NCBI GenBank assembly: GCA_964016885.1
Contig: OZ024752.1
Coordinates: 5,146,001 to 5,210,000 of the forward strand
DNA: 64,000 bases
Direction: 5' to 3'
Source of the DNA: Eledone cirrhosa
Taxonomy: Eukaryota
Position numbers and translations under genes: made by a program. The notes beneath the pieces were generated by a model. That model was not told the DNA's origin, did not search any database, and saw only the letters and a program-made list of their open reading frames with translations. Shown here piece by piece: positions 45,325 to 59,906 of this stretch (position 1 is its first letter; each line of letters starts with the position of its first letter).

Positions 45325-45490
45325 GCCCAGCACTATGTGTCAATAATTGTCACAAGTGTAGTGTTTGTACCAGAGTTTTTAAGTCGCTGGCTGGACTAAA
45401 AAGTCACACTCGTTCAGCGCATCGGTAGGGGTTCTCCTACATGGATATAAAGTAGTGGCCATACTCGAAAACGAGTTGGCAGCCACCATA
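45325..45490 (+). mobile_element. 3' end of an RTE/BovB-type LINE with a C-terminal C2H2 finger
   Basis: [25 protein letters not shown]-stop followed by a short 3' UTR hairpin (ctcg aaaa cgag) and (AT)n. Confidence 0.55.
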
Positions 45491-45515
45491 TATATATGTA
45501 TATATATGTAGTATG

Positions 45516-45546
<31 letters not shown>

Positions 45547-45592
45547 GTATGTATATATATATATATATGTATGTATATATATATACATGTAT

Positions 45593-45632
<40 letters not shown>

Positions 45633-45655
45633 GTATATATATATATATGTGTATA

Positions 45656-45700
<45 letters not shown>

Positions 45701-45701
<1 letters not shown>

Positions 45702-45943
45702 ATGTAGGAGGTGAGTTTTATTGTAGTACAATAAAGCAATGCAGATATCACACATCAATCTTAAATTACTTTTCATATGTTGATTTAAAACTTCACTATT
45801 CACAAGTGTTTTTAACCTTCATATCATGTATCCCTATTTTATCTGACGAAAACGCAACTGTCATCTCATGATGATATTTGTTTTTGAAAAGCGCATAATA
45901 AAATACTTGGAACTCTTTTAACCATCTTTTGATCTTATATTAT
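45701..45943 (+). mobile_element. Penelope-like pseudo-LTR fragment (same family as 6207-6633)
   Basis: Inverted 3' end (atgtaggaggtgagttttattgtagtacaataaagcaatgcagatatc) joined to a forward hammerhead-bearing arm; inside (AT)n. Confidence 0.55.
45837..45903 (+). ncRNA. Type I hammerhead ribozyme motif (diverged paralog of 6527)
   Basis: TTTTAT-CTGACGA-AAACGCAACTGTCATC-TCAT-GATGATATTTGTTTTT-GAAA-AGCGCA-TA-ATAAAA; one stem III mismatch. Confidence 0.65.
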
Positions 45944-46164
45944 GTGTATATATATATAGGTATATATATATGTATATGTATATATGTATAGATATATATG
46001 TATATATATATGTATATATATATATGTATACATATATATATATATATGTATATATGTAAATATATGTATATATATGTATATATATATATATGTATATATG
46101 TAAATATATGTATATATATGTATATATATATATATGTATATATGTAAATATATGTATATATATG

Positions 46165-46199
<35 letters not shown>

Positions 46200-47341
46200 G
46201 TATATATATATATGTATATATATATGTGTATATATATATATATTTAATGCAAAGAAATACCAATGAGAATCAGCAGACTACTGATGATGGACTTTTCCTG
46301 TTTCTCGGTCTATTTTTATTCATATCTTCATATTCGCAGCAACACAGAACGCCATTTTTCATTCACATATATTTTCCCTTCACTGTGGTTCGTATTTTTT
46401 CTGTTACCTTACTGCTTTCCTCTTTCACTCTCCCCCCTTACCTCTTACTTTCCTCCATTCCCGCTGCTGGTCGCACACTCTCAGCTGGCCCCTTCTTCAC
46501 ACGTTCACTCACTCACTCTCTGCTACTCCTCCTCTCTCACTTCCTCCCGTCTGACCTGCGTTAATTATTTCCTCTCTCACTTTTTTCATGGCTCGGATGT
46601 GTCTGTTTTCTTCTCGTCATTTGATTTGTCAGACTTAAGCTCACGAGATTCATTGAGTTGTCTCTCTTTTCCTCTCTTTACGTTGCGTTACTAACATGTT
46701 GTTTGTTCACTTAATTTAGTTATTGCTCACACTGATTTTAGGTATCTAGTCTTTAATGTGAAGAAATACCAATGAGAATCAGCAGACTACTGATGACGGA
46801 CTTTTCTTGTTTCTCGATCTATTTTTATTTATATATATATATATATGTATATATAAATGTATATTATAAATATATATATATGTTTATATAAATGTATATT
46901 ATATATATATATATATATGTATATATATGTATATATGTATGTATATGTATATATATATGTATATATATACATACATGTATATATGTATGTAGTAGTATGT
47001 ATATATATACATACATGTACACATATATAGATGTACGTAAGGGTTTACATACATGTACACATATATATGTACGTATGAGTTTACCGAACATTTATTATAA
47101 TGTTCGGTTTGTAAACAAACTGTACGTCTGTATACATATATGTATGTACGTATACATACTTATATTTAAGTATCAGCCGTACTAAGAGTGAGAAATGAAA
47201 TTTCATTTCATTCTTTTCCATTTATCGTTTACGGTACGCCGGCCGACTAACTCACTCAATATGCAAATTAGGCTGCTCAGCCATTAATATGCATACGGAA
47301 AGTATATACTTTCAAACGTTCAATCATCTGACAGGAAGGTA

Positions 47342-47385
47342 TGTGATGCTGATGATAGCTAATAAGCTTGAAACTAGTTCATCAT
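47342..47385 (+). ncRNA. Minimal type I hammerhead ribozyme motif
   Basis: TGATG-CTGATGA-TAGCT-AATA-AGCTT-GAAA-CTAG-TT-CATCA; stem I extends outward (CTGACA/TGTCAG, CGTTCAA/TTGAACG). Confidence 0.78.
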
Positions 47386-47662
47386 TTTTTTGTCAGTGTT
47401 GAACGATGGCAACGATGGTTGCTAAACACTGTACGGCTTAATTCGGGATGTTTGTTTACAAACACACCGAGCATTATAATAAATGTTCGGTAAACCCATA
47501 CGTACATATATATATGTGTACCTGTATGTATGTATATACATACTACTGTACGTTTGTATACATATATGTATGTACGTATACATACTTATATATATATGTA
47601 TATATATATATATGTATATGTATATATATGTGTATATATATGTATATATATGTATATATATG

Positions 47663-47777
<115 letters not shown>

Positions 47778-47816
47778 GTATATAAATATATGTATATATA
47801 TATATACGTATATATA

Positions 47817-50800
47817 TATTCACCTCGTGGACGAGAATGCGAGCACTCCTCTTTGTTTCGTCCGCGGATGGCTAACATAACCCTATCTCCCCCCGCCCCC
47901 ACCACCCCCACCCTCCAAACACAACCCCAAACTTCAGAGTTGGTACCATAAATGTAGGCACCCTAAAGGGTCGCGCTAACGAGGTTGTAGAAATGCTTGA
48001 ACGTAAGGAGGTCGATGTTTGTTGTATTCAAGAGACCAGGTGGAGGGGTGGGTCTGCTAGATTCATTGAGGGTAAAAAACGATGTTATAAGCTTTTCTGG
48101 GTGGGAAACGACGATGGGCTGGGTGGAGTAGGAATCATGGTAGCAGAAAAGTGGGCAGATAAGATAATAGACGTTAATAGAGTGAACGACAGAATAATTA
48201 AAATAAGACTTGTCCTCAATAGAACTACGGTGACAGTAATATCTGCGTACGCACCCCAATCCGGACTGCCCGGCACTATAAAAGACAGATTCTATGAGAC
48301 ACTGTTGCTAACTACCCCCCAAATATCTGACAGTGACTATATAATTATTGCAGGCGACCTAAATGGTCACGTTGGACAACATTGTGACGGCTACGACGAA
48401 ATCCATGGCGGCTATGGGTTTGGTACTAGAAATGAGGAAGGCTCCAGAATCCTGGAATTCTGTGATGCAAATAACCTAACTATCTGTAACACTAACTTCA
48501 AAAAACGTGACAATCACCTGATCACCTATAGATCCGGGGAACACACAAGCCAGGTAGATTATATCCTTACCAGAAGACGTGACAGAGTGTCTGTTGTAAA
48601 CACTAAATCCCTCCCCCATGAAGAATGCACCTCCCAACATAGACTGATAATTAGCGACCTCATAGTCAGGACGAGACGTACTCGACAGCAGAAGAGGACT
48701 ATCCTCAGGAGGAAAATATGGAAACTAAAGGACCCCACAGCCAGAAATAAATTTCAAAGCATATTACTTGATGCTTTCGACAGTAAGGAACTAGAATCGG
48801 ACAATATAGAGGGACAGTGGGAATTTCTGAAAGCAAACCTGCTGTTGGCGACAGACGAAGTCTGTGGCTGGAGCAGGCCGGTAGGCAGGAGGAGAGTAAC
48901 ATGGTTGTGGAACAGTAGGGTGGAGGGGTCAATTAAGGCCAAAAAGCAGGCTTGGAAAGTATGGCGGGATGGGGGAAGTAGAGTAGACTATCAAGTGGCC
49001 AGGAGAGCAGCTAGGAGAGAAGTGTACTTAGCAAGAAGGGAAGCTGAGGAAAGAAAGTTCAAGCATGTTCTACAACGCGATGACCAAAAACGTGAGGTGT
49101 TCAGGATTGCTAGGCAATGCGTCAAGGAAAACCGTGATATTGTCGGGGAGAAGTGTGTACTTAACGATGATGGCATACTTGCCATCACCGACACTGATAA
49201 GAAGGTAGCTTGGAAGTGTCACTATGAAAGGCTACTAAATGAGGAGAATAAATGGGAGAAAGACAGTCTCCCCCATATCGACCCAATAGAGGGACCAGCA
49301 GTGTTAGTCGAGGGGAGTATAATAAGTAAGGCAATCAAGGATATGAAGACGGGTAAGGCGGCTGGGCCTTCGGAAATAGTTGCTGAGATGCTGAAGGCAT
49401 CTGGCACGGTGGGACACACCATGGTCACCCGCATAGTTAACCAAGTCGTACAGAATGGGGTTGTTCCAAAGGACTGGCATAGCAGCATCATCGTTAACTG
49501 TTATAAGGGTAAAGGAGATGCCCTAGATAGGAGTAACTATAGAGGCATTAAATTAATCGACCAGGTTATGAAGGTCACGGAAAAAGTAATAGCGCAACTA
49601 ATCAGAGAGAGAATTGACCTAGAGAAATGCAGTTCGGGTTTGTGTCAGGCAAAAGCACCACAGACGCTCTTTTCATAGTACGACAACTACAGGAGAAGTA
49701 CCTAGCTAAAGGTAAACCCCTCTACTTAGCTTTTGTCGACCTGGAGAAAGCCTTCGACAGAGTCCCCCGCTCCATTATCTGGTGGGCTCTTAGAAAACTA
49801 GGCGTTGACGAATGGCTTGTGAGGGCTATACAAGCCATGTATAAAGAAACAGTCAGCAAGGTTAGAATTAACAACGAATATAGTGAAGAGTTTAGCGTAA
49901 AAGTTGGCGTCCATCAGGGCTCTGTTCTCAGCCCCCTACTATTTATTATTGCCCTTCAGGCTATAACAGAGGAGTTCAAGACAGGCTGCCCATGGGAACT
50001 CCTATACGCAGACGACCTGACACTCATAGCGGAATCAATGGCCGAGCTAGAGAAGAAATTCCAAACATGGAAGCACGGCCTAGAGTCAAAAGGACTTAAA
50101 ATTAACCTGGCTAAGACCAAAGTTCTAGTTTGTAGGAAAGAAAACAAGGCGGCGGTCTCTTCTGGGAAATGGTCGTGCTCGGTGTGTAGGAAAGGCGTAG
50201 GTAGAAACTCCATTTTATGTCCTAAATGCAAAGTATGGGTGCATAAAAGATGTAGTGGGATCACAGGTAAGCTAACTAAGAACATAGATTTTACATGTGG
50301 CCGGTGTTCTGGTGCAATAAGTAGCAGCAAGTGCCCACAAAATACTAGCTCTTTCAATTGCACAGAGGGTTCTATAGAAATAGTGGACAGCTTCCGCTTC
50401 CGTTACCTGGGCGATAAAATCAGCAGTGGGGGAGGGTGCTCTGAAAGTACTGTAGCTAGAGTCAGAACTGGTTGGAAAAAGTTCAGAGAGCTTATACCAC
50501 TATTAGCTGCTAAAGGGTTCTCCCTAAAAATGAAAGGCAGGTTGTACGATGCCTGCATACGAACAGCAATGTTGCATGGTAGTGAGACCTGGGCATTGTG
50601 TGCAGAGGATATACGCAGACTAGAGAGGAACGAAGCTTGCATGCTCCGCTGGATGTGTAACAGTAATATACGTGAACGGCAAAGCATAAACGAACTAAGG
50701 AAAAAATTAGAGATAAGAGGGATCAGATGTTGTTTACTCGAGAGAAGGCTGCGTTGGTATGGACACGTGATGCGCATGAAAGTCGATAGCTGTATAACAA

Positions 50801-51335
50801 AGTGCAGGGCAATAAAGATAGACGGTAGCCACGGAATAGGCAGACCTAGAAAAACCTGGGATGAGCTGATAAACTCCGACCTCACACACTTACACCTCTC
50901 CAAGACAATGTCACTGGACCGAGACCTTTGGCGGTACTCAGTAACAGAGAAGACCCGCCTTGCCAGTAGGCATCTCTAACAAAATACACCCCGTCCCGCC
51001 ACCACCCCCACCCCATCCTCACCACCCCGTTCTATGTAAAGTTATGTTGGTGCCGCGCCATCCAGGCCGAAACAAATGAGATCGTGTAGGTGTCACAACA
51101 AAAAAACACACAGTCCACGCTGTAATGTGGCCGTGTAGGCAACACGGTAAAAACCTCCCAGACCCACACTGTAAATGTGGTTGGTGTTAGGAAGGACATC
51201 CAACTGTAGAAAACCTGCCAGACAGTCCTATGCGAGCAAGACAATCACTCTTGCCTCAAGTGGGACTACCCCCGTCCAAACCCATGCAAGCGTGGAACAC
51301 GGACGTTAAACGTTGATGATGATGATGATGATGAT
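47817..51335 (+). mobile_element. Near full-length RTE-clade LINE (APE endonuclease + reverse transcriptase)
   Basis: EN motifs ([39 protein letters not shown]); RT motifs (AFVDLEKAFDRV, GVHQGSVLSPLLF, LLYADD, YLG); RTE C-terminus ([22 protein letters not shown]); 3' UTR and (GAT)n tail; frameshifts near 47900 and 49625. Confidence 0.95.
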
Positions 51336-51366
51336 ATATATGTATATATATATATATGTATATACG

Positions 51367-51419
<53 letters not shown>

Positions 51420-51454
51420 ATATATGTATATATATATATGTATATGTATATACG

Positions 51455-51507
<53 letters not shown>

Positions 51508-51554
51508 GCATATATATGTATATATATATATGTATATATATATATGTATATACG

Positions 51555-51617
<63 letters not shown>

Positions 51618-51682
51618 GTATATATATATGTATATATATATATGTATATATATATATGTATATGTATATATATATGTATATG

Positions 51683-51789
<107 letters not shown>

Positions 51790-51794
51790 GTATA

Positions 51795-51843
<49 letters not shown>

Positions 51844-51844
51844 C

Positions 51845-52175
51845 ACCCGATCCACACCACCCCGTTCTATGTAAAGTTATGTTGGTGCCGCGCCATCGAG
51901 GCCGAAACAAATGAGATCGTGTAGGTGTCACGACAAAAAAACACACAGTCCACGCTGTAATGTGGCCGTGTAGGCAACACGGTAAAAACCTCCCAGACCC
52001 ACACTGTAAATGTGGTTGGTGTTAGGAAGGGCATCCAACTGTAGAAAACCTGCCAGACAGTCCTATGCGAGCAAGACAATCACTCTTGCCTCAAGTGGGA
52101 CTACCCCCGTCCAAACCCATGCAAGCGTGGAACACGGACGTTAAACGTTGATGATGATGATGATGATGATGATGA
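51845..52175 (+). mobile_element. Second copy of the RTE 3' UTR and (GAT)n tail
   Basis: Near-identical to 51020-51335. Confidence 0.9.
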
Positions 52176-52179
52176 TATG

Positions 52180-52428
<249 letters not shown>

Positions 52429-52429
52429 G

Positions 52430-52578
<149 letters not shown>

Positions 52579-52583
52579 GTATG

Positions 52584-52686
<103 letters not shown>

Positions 52687-52687
52687 G

Positions 52688-52786
<99 letters not shown>

Positions 52787-52788
52787 GA

Positions 52789-52822
<34 letters not shown>

Positions 52823-52824
52823 GA

Positions 52825-52860
<36 letters not shown>

Positions 52861-52945
52861 GAATATATATATATATATATGTGTATATATATATATATAT
52901 GAATATATATATATATATATATGTGTATATATATATATATATGTG

Positions 52946-52977
<32 letters not shown>

Positions 52978-53041
52978 TATGTGTGTATATATATATATAT
53001 ATGTGTATATATGTATATATATATATATATATATATGTGTG

Positions 53042-53073
<32 letters not shown>

Positions 53074-53137
53074 TATATGTGTATATATATATATATATGT
53101 GTATATATATATATGTGTATATATATATATATATGTG

Positions 53138-53222
<85 letters not shown>

Positions 53223-53224
53223 GA

Positions 53225-53264
<40 letters not shown>

Positions 53265-53779
53265 GAATATATGTATATATATATATATATATATGAATAT
53301 ATATATATATATATATGTATATGTATGTATGAATGTATATATATATATTATTGAAGTCTTATTTCATAGAGTGGAGAGAGAAATATACAAACAATATGAT
53401 TGATCCAATATGATTAATCCAATACAATTGATCCAATATGATCTGACAAACAAACAATAGTCATTGATCGAATATACTACCAGTGTTTATGTTTATTGAG
53501 CTCCTACTTCAAGATGTAGTGAACAAACAAACAATCAATTAAAGTGCTAAGATTTGTAAAAAAATATATTGATCATCTGCCTCAACCAAAAGTAAATAGA
53601 AAGAATTTCACAGAGTGAAATAAATTATTATGTTGTGTGAAAATTAAAGTGGAGTATATTGTTCCCATAGAAGTGTTCAGCAGTGAGATGGAATGTGTGG
53701 TAGGTACATGCATGACTGTAGTTATGGGGTTACCTTCACAGCTACATGCTTCTAGATTCAGTAGAGAGATGGAATAACT

Positions 53780-54770
53780 GGTAGTGGCCCAGGCCATGTC
53801 TAACTTAATAGCACCACCTGGCAAAGTATTTCAAAGCAGCATTTGGATTCGATTGTCCATTCAAGAAGTGAGTCATTGTTTACGGAGGCATGTCCAGGTA
53901 TAGGAGGTTTATCCAGGATTTCTTGAAGAAATTTGTCAAAAGACTTCTTGAACTTTATGGGATCTGGTGCCGTTTTAATGTGTTTTGGGGGTAATGTTAA
54001 TGAGAGCGGGGCCAATTGATGTGAAATAATTGTGCCGTATTGTTGTTATGAGATGCTAGTGAGATTTTTCTCGTGGGCAGATAGCACGGGGCCCAAGCCT
54101 TGGAGTTACCTTAAAGGTGATGCCAACATCATTTGGGCAAAGCTGATGGAATATTTTCTACATCATGCAGATAATATAGCGCTCACAGCGACGTTGGAGA
54201 GAATAAAGTTTGAGCTTTTCTAATCGTCTGCAATAGTCGAGGCCTGATATGCCATCTATGTTTTTTGTAATTGATCTTTGGGGTGCTTCAACTTCAACTT
54301 TCATGATACTTTGTTTCGTGTGGGGAGATCACAGTCAACAACATTATTCAAGATGGGGTCGGGAAAAAGTGGAGAAGAGAAGAATAACAGCGTGGATATC
54401 TCTCGACTGGGAGGGTCTGAGAATCCAGGAACACATTCTGTGGGCCATGTCAACATTGCTGTTTATAGGAGTGGCCCAGCTTATGTTGTTGTCCACAATT
54501 ACTCCCAAGTATCTGATGTTGTTGGATTCCATGAGAGTTTCACCTGAAGGAAGAGAGTATGGGAGTTTCAGGGCATCCTCTTTTCCAAAGTGTATTAACT
54601 CAAATTTATCCTCGTTCCACAGCATATTGTTCTTTTCCGCCCATTGGACAGCAACCAATAGATCAGATTGGAGGCATATGCTGACACCCACGCCATTGAT
54701 GACCTTCAGGAGCTCGGAATCATATGTGAAGATAAGAGATGTCAACATGAATGGACCTGTTATTTTTATC
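53780..54770 (-). mobile_element. Degraded CR1-group LINE 3' part
   Basis: WAEKNNMLWNEDKFELIHFG, YLGVIVD, RPHLE, RLEKLKLYSLQRR, FKKSFDKFL motifs. Confidence 0.85.
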
Positions 54771-54999
54771 TAAAGTCATTTTTTTCAATTCTATCCTGCC
54801 CATCCCCTCAATTTATCTTATTTCTCATTCTTTCTTCTGCTATATCAAGCGTTAACCTAATATATCCCTTCCATATACTGTACCGATTGTGTTGTTATTT
54901 CTGTTTACCTTTTACATACATATATATATATATATATATACAGTATATATATATATGTGTGTGTGTGTGTATATATATATGTAAATATACATATATATA

Positions 55000-55032
<33 letters not shown>

Positions 55033-55042
55033 GTACATATAC

Positions 55043-55129
<87 letters not shown>

Positions 55130-55304
55130 GTCTAACCCATGCTAGCGTGGAAGAACGGACGTAAAACGGTGATGATGATATATATATATATATATATATA
55201 TATGTATTGAAATTTCCGTTGAAAACAGAAAAGGTCATAGAAGTGAAGAGTGCTCTATGTAAGTACCAGAGCAAAATTTAATGTATAAAAATCAATACAA
55301 TATA

Positions 55305-55382
55305 ATTACCTCATTACCAGAGGTTTCCCGAATGAGGCGAATACGAAAGAAACATCTTCATTCGTTCGTCAGATGAGGCAAT
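55305..55382 (-). ncRNA. Type I hammerhead ribozyme motif
   Basis: Minus strand ATTGCCTCAT-CTGACGA-ACGAATGA...TCATTCGG-GAAA-CCTCTGG-TA-ATGAGGTAAT; 10-bp stem I, 7-bp stem II, GUA triplet. Confidence 0.82.
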
Positions 55383-55385
55383 ATA

Positions 55386-56165
55386 TTGCTAGCTGCAAAA
55401 GGCTTCTCCCTCAGAATGAAAGGCAGACTGTATGATGCGTGTATCCGAACAGCGATGTTGCATGGTAGTGAGACCTGGGCGCTGAAGGTGGAAGACTTAC
55501 GTAGATTAGAGAGAAACGAAGCCTGCATGCTCCGATGGATGTGTAACAGTAATATACGTGAACGACAAAGCATAAAGGAATTGAGAGAGAGACTGAGCAT
55601 AAGAGGAATCAAATGCTGCGTGCAGGAGAGGCGGTTACGCTGGTATGGACATGTGATGCGTATGAAGGATGACAGCTGCATAAAAAGGTGCAGAGCACTA
55701 GAAGTTGATGGAAACCGCGGAGTGGGGAGACCCAAGATGATTTGGGATGAGGTGATAAAAGCCGACCTTACCCAACTACACCTCTCAAAGTCAATGACAC
55801 ACGACCGTGACTTCTGGCGTCACGCAGTAATACAGGGTACCCGACCTCCCATGGGTACATGCTGAAGCATATAAACAATATGCCCCCCCCCCCACCGCAA
55901 GGTGGTCGTGGAGGTGCTACGGCAAAAAAGCACCCAGCCCACACTGTAAAGTGGACGTGTAGGCGCCACGAAAAAGCACCCAGCACTCACTGTAAATGAG
56001 GTTGGTGTTAGGAAGGGCATCCAGCTGTAGAAATCAAGCCAGATCAGTTCCTGTATGAGCAAGGCATGGTCAGCCGACCAGACACTGCCCACAACAGGAC
56101 AACCCGTCTAACCCATGCTAGCGTGGAAGAACGGACGTAAAACGGTGATGATGATGATGATGATG
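55386..56165 (+). mobile_element. 5'-truncated RTE LINE (subfamily A2)
   Basis: Matches 3678-4900 in reverse orientation; (GAT)n tail. Confidence 0.92.
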
Positions 56166-56189
56166 AAGATTGTATTGATTTTTATACAT

Positions 56190-56233
<44 letters not shown>

Positions 56234-56252
56234 GATATATACATATACATAT

Positions 56253-56417
<165 letters not shown>

Positions 56418-56420
56418 CAT

Positions 56421-57536
<1,116 letters not shown>

Positions 57537-57561
57537 CATATATATATACATATATATATAC

Positions 57562-57615
<54 letters not shown>

Positions 57616-57636
57616 GTACATATATATATATATATA

Positions 57637-58138
57637 TTGACGAAGAAGGGTTTCTCCCTGCGTACGAAAGGCCGGTTGTATGATGCCTGTGTGAGGAGCA
57701 CGATGCTGCATGGTAGTGAGACATGGGCAGCAACTGCAGAGGATATGCGACGGCTGGAGAGAAATGAGGCAAGCATGCTCTGTTGGATGTGGAGTGTAAA
57801 TGTACGTGAACGAACCAGCATAAATGTGTTGAGAGAGAAACTGTGTCTGAGAGGGATAGAATGTAGTGTACGGGAGAGGAGACTGAGGTGGTATGGACAT
57901 GTGATGCGCATGGAGAATGACCGATGGGTGAAGAAGTGCCAGGAATTGTCAGTTGAAGGAAGACGTGGTAGAGGTAGACCACGAAAAACATGGGCGGAGG
58001 TGGTGAGAACAGACCTCAGATCATTGAAGCTCACGGTGGAGATGACGAGGGACCGTGACGAGTGGAGAGATGCTGTACTGAATAAGACCCGTCCCACCCG
58101 TGCAAGCAGGGAAAAGCGGACGTAAAATGATGATGATG

Positions 58139-58140
<2 letters not shown>
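57637..58140 (+). mobile_element. 5'-truncated RTE LINE (family B)
   Basis: 162-aa C-terminal ORF homologous to 36756-37190; (GAT)n tail. Confidence 0.92.
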
Positions 58141-58169
<29 letters not shown>

Positions 58170-58179
58170 CATATATGTA

Positions 58180-58670
58180 TTTCCTTACTAGAAGACGTGA
58201 CAGAGTGTCTGTTTTAAACACTAAGTCCCTCCCCCCGTGAAGAATGCACCCCCCCCCCCCCAACATAGCCTAGTAGATAGTGACCTCATAGTCAGGACTA
58301 GATGTACTCGACAACAGAGGATGACTACCTTGGGGGGGGGGAGAATATGGAAGTTAAAGGACCCCATAGCCAGTGACAAATTTAAAAGCATATTACTTGA
58401 TGCTTTTAACAGTAAGGAAGAGCAATTAGAGACGTCCAATATAGAGGAACAGTGGGAATTCCTGAAAGTTAACCTGCTGAAGGCAACAGATGAAATCTAT
58501 GGCTGGAGCAGATCTATTGGCAGGAGGAGAGTAACTTGGTGGTGGAACAGTAAGGTGGAGGAGACAATTGGGGCCAAAAAGCAGGCTTGGAAAGTATGGT
58601 GGGATGGGGGAAGTAGAGAACACTATCAAGTGGCTAGGAGACAAGTGTATCTTGCAAGAAGACAAGGAAT
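58180..58670 (+). mobile_element. Internal RTE fragment (EN-RT linker)
   Basis: Homologous to 48563-49040 (RIWKLKDP, QWEFLK, RRRVTWWWN). Confidence 0.88.
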
Positions 58671-58712
58671 ATAAGGAACTTGTTCTTTGTTTTAATTTCA
58701 TTGTTTTTATTA

Positions 58713-58746
<34 letters not shown>

Positions 58747-58748
<2 letters not shown>

Positions 58749-59014
58749 AGGCACATGGCTTAGTGGCATTGGCCTTGCAATCGAAAGGTTGTGAGTTCAA
58801 TTCTCAGACCGGGTGATCTGTTGTTTCCTTGAGCAAGACACTTTATTTCACATTGCTCCAGTTTACTCAGCTGTAGAAATGAGATGATAGGGACTGAGGT
58901 CCCTATCATTTGGTGTTAGGAAGGGCATCCAGCTGTAGAAATCAAGCCAGAATCAGTTCCCGTCCCACCCTTGCAAGCAGGGAAAAAGCCGACGTAAAAT
59001 GATGATGATGATGA
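58747..59014 (+). mobile_element. tRNA-derived SINE with RTE-derived tail
   Basis: Near-identical to 44689-45023 but lacks the internal repeat module. Confidence 0.8.
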
Positions 59015-59749
59015 TATATATATATATAATAGGGTTAAAGTATCGTAAGAGAGGATGAAGCAGAGAGGTACAAAGAGGTGTGATACAGATTACTAAATGC
59101 CAAAAGCCGAAGCGTGGTGTGCTCAATGCTTGGGTTAGCAGTGTTAAATATTAGAGGAAGTTAATATTTAGTGTGTGGTTTAAGCAGAGCGGGAATAAGC
59201 AAATGAATGAGTGAATGAAAGGGTTACAAGCCGTTAAAATAATTCTTTATATAGTTCTCTATATAAAGAATTGTCTTAACGGCTTGTAACTACTTCATTC
59301 ACTCATTCATTTGCTTATATATATATGTATATGACATGTGTATATATATATATATAATATATGTGTATATATATGGACCGGGCGATGCGTTATGTCCTTG
59401 AGCAAGACACTTTATTTCACGTTGCTCCTTCTACCTGGAGTTGCGACCGATAGATAGTATTAGCAACTGGAAAGACCAACGGAAACATTGTTTCCTCGGT
59501 CCGATTCGACGAATGTCGATCGATCCTTTATATATATAAATATATATACATATATTATATATATATAATATATGTGTATATATATAATTGTTTCTACTTT
59601 AGGCACAAGGCCAGCAATTATCCAGTGCATTACTGGTACTTTATTTTATCGACCCCGTAAGGATGAAAGGCAAAGTCAACCTCGGCGGGATTTGAACTCA
59701 GATCGTAAAGGGACATATATAATATATTATATATATTTATGTATATTTT

Positions 59750-59789
<40 letters not shown>

Positions 59790-59854
59790 AATATATATAC
59801 ATATATTATATATATATAATATATGTGTATATATATAATATATGTATATATATT

Positions 59855-59906
<52 letters not shown>

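Noticed and set aside
45340-45428. Host C2H2 zinc-finger gene exon
   Set aside because: Single finger followed by a stop and a short hairpin tail inside (AT)n; better explained as a LINE C-terminus.
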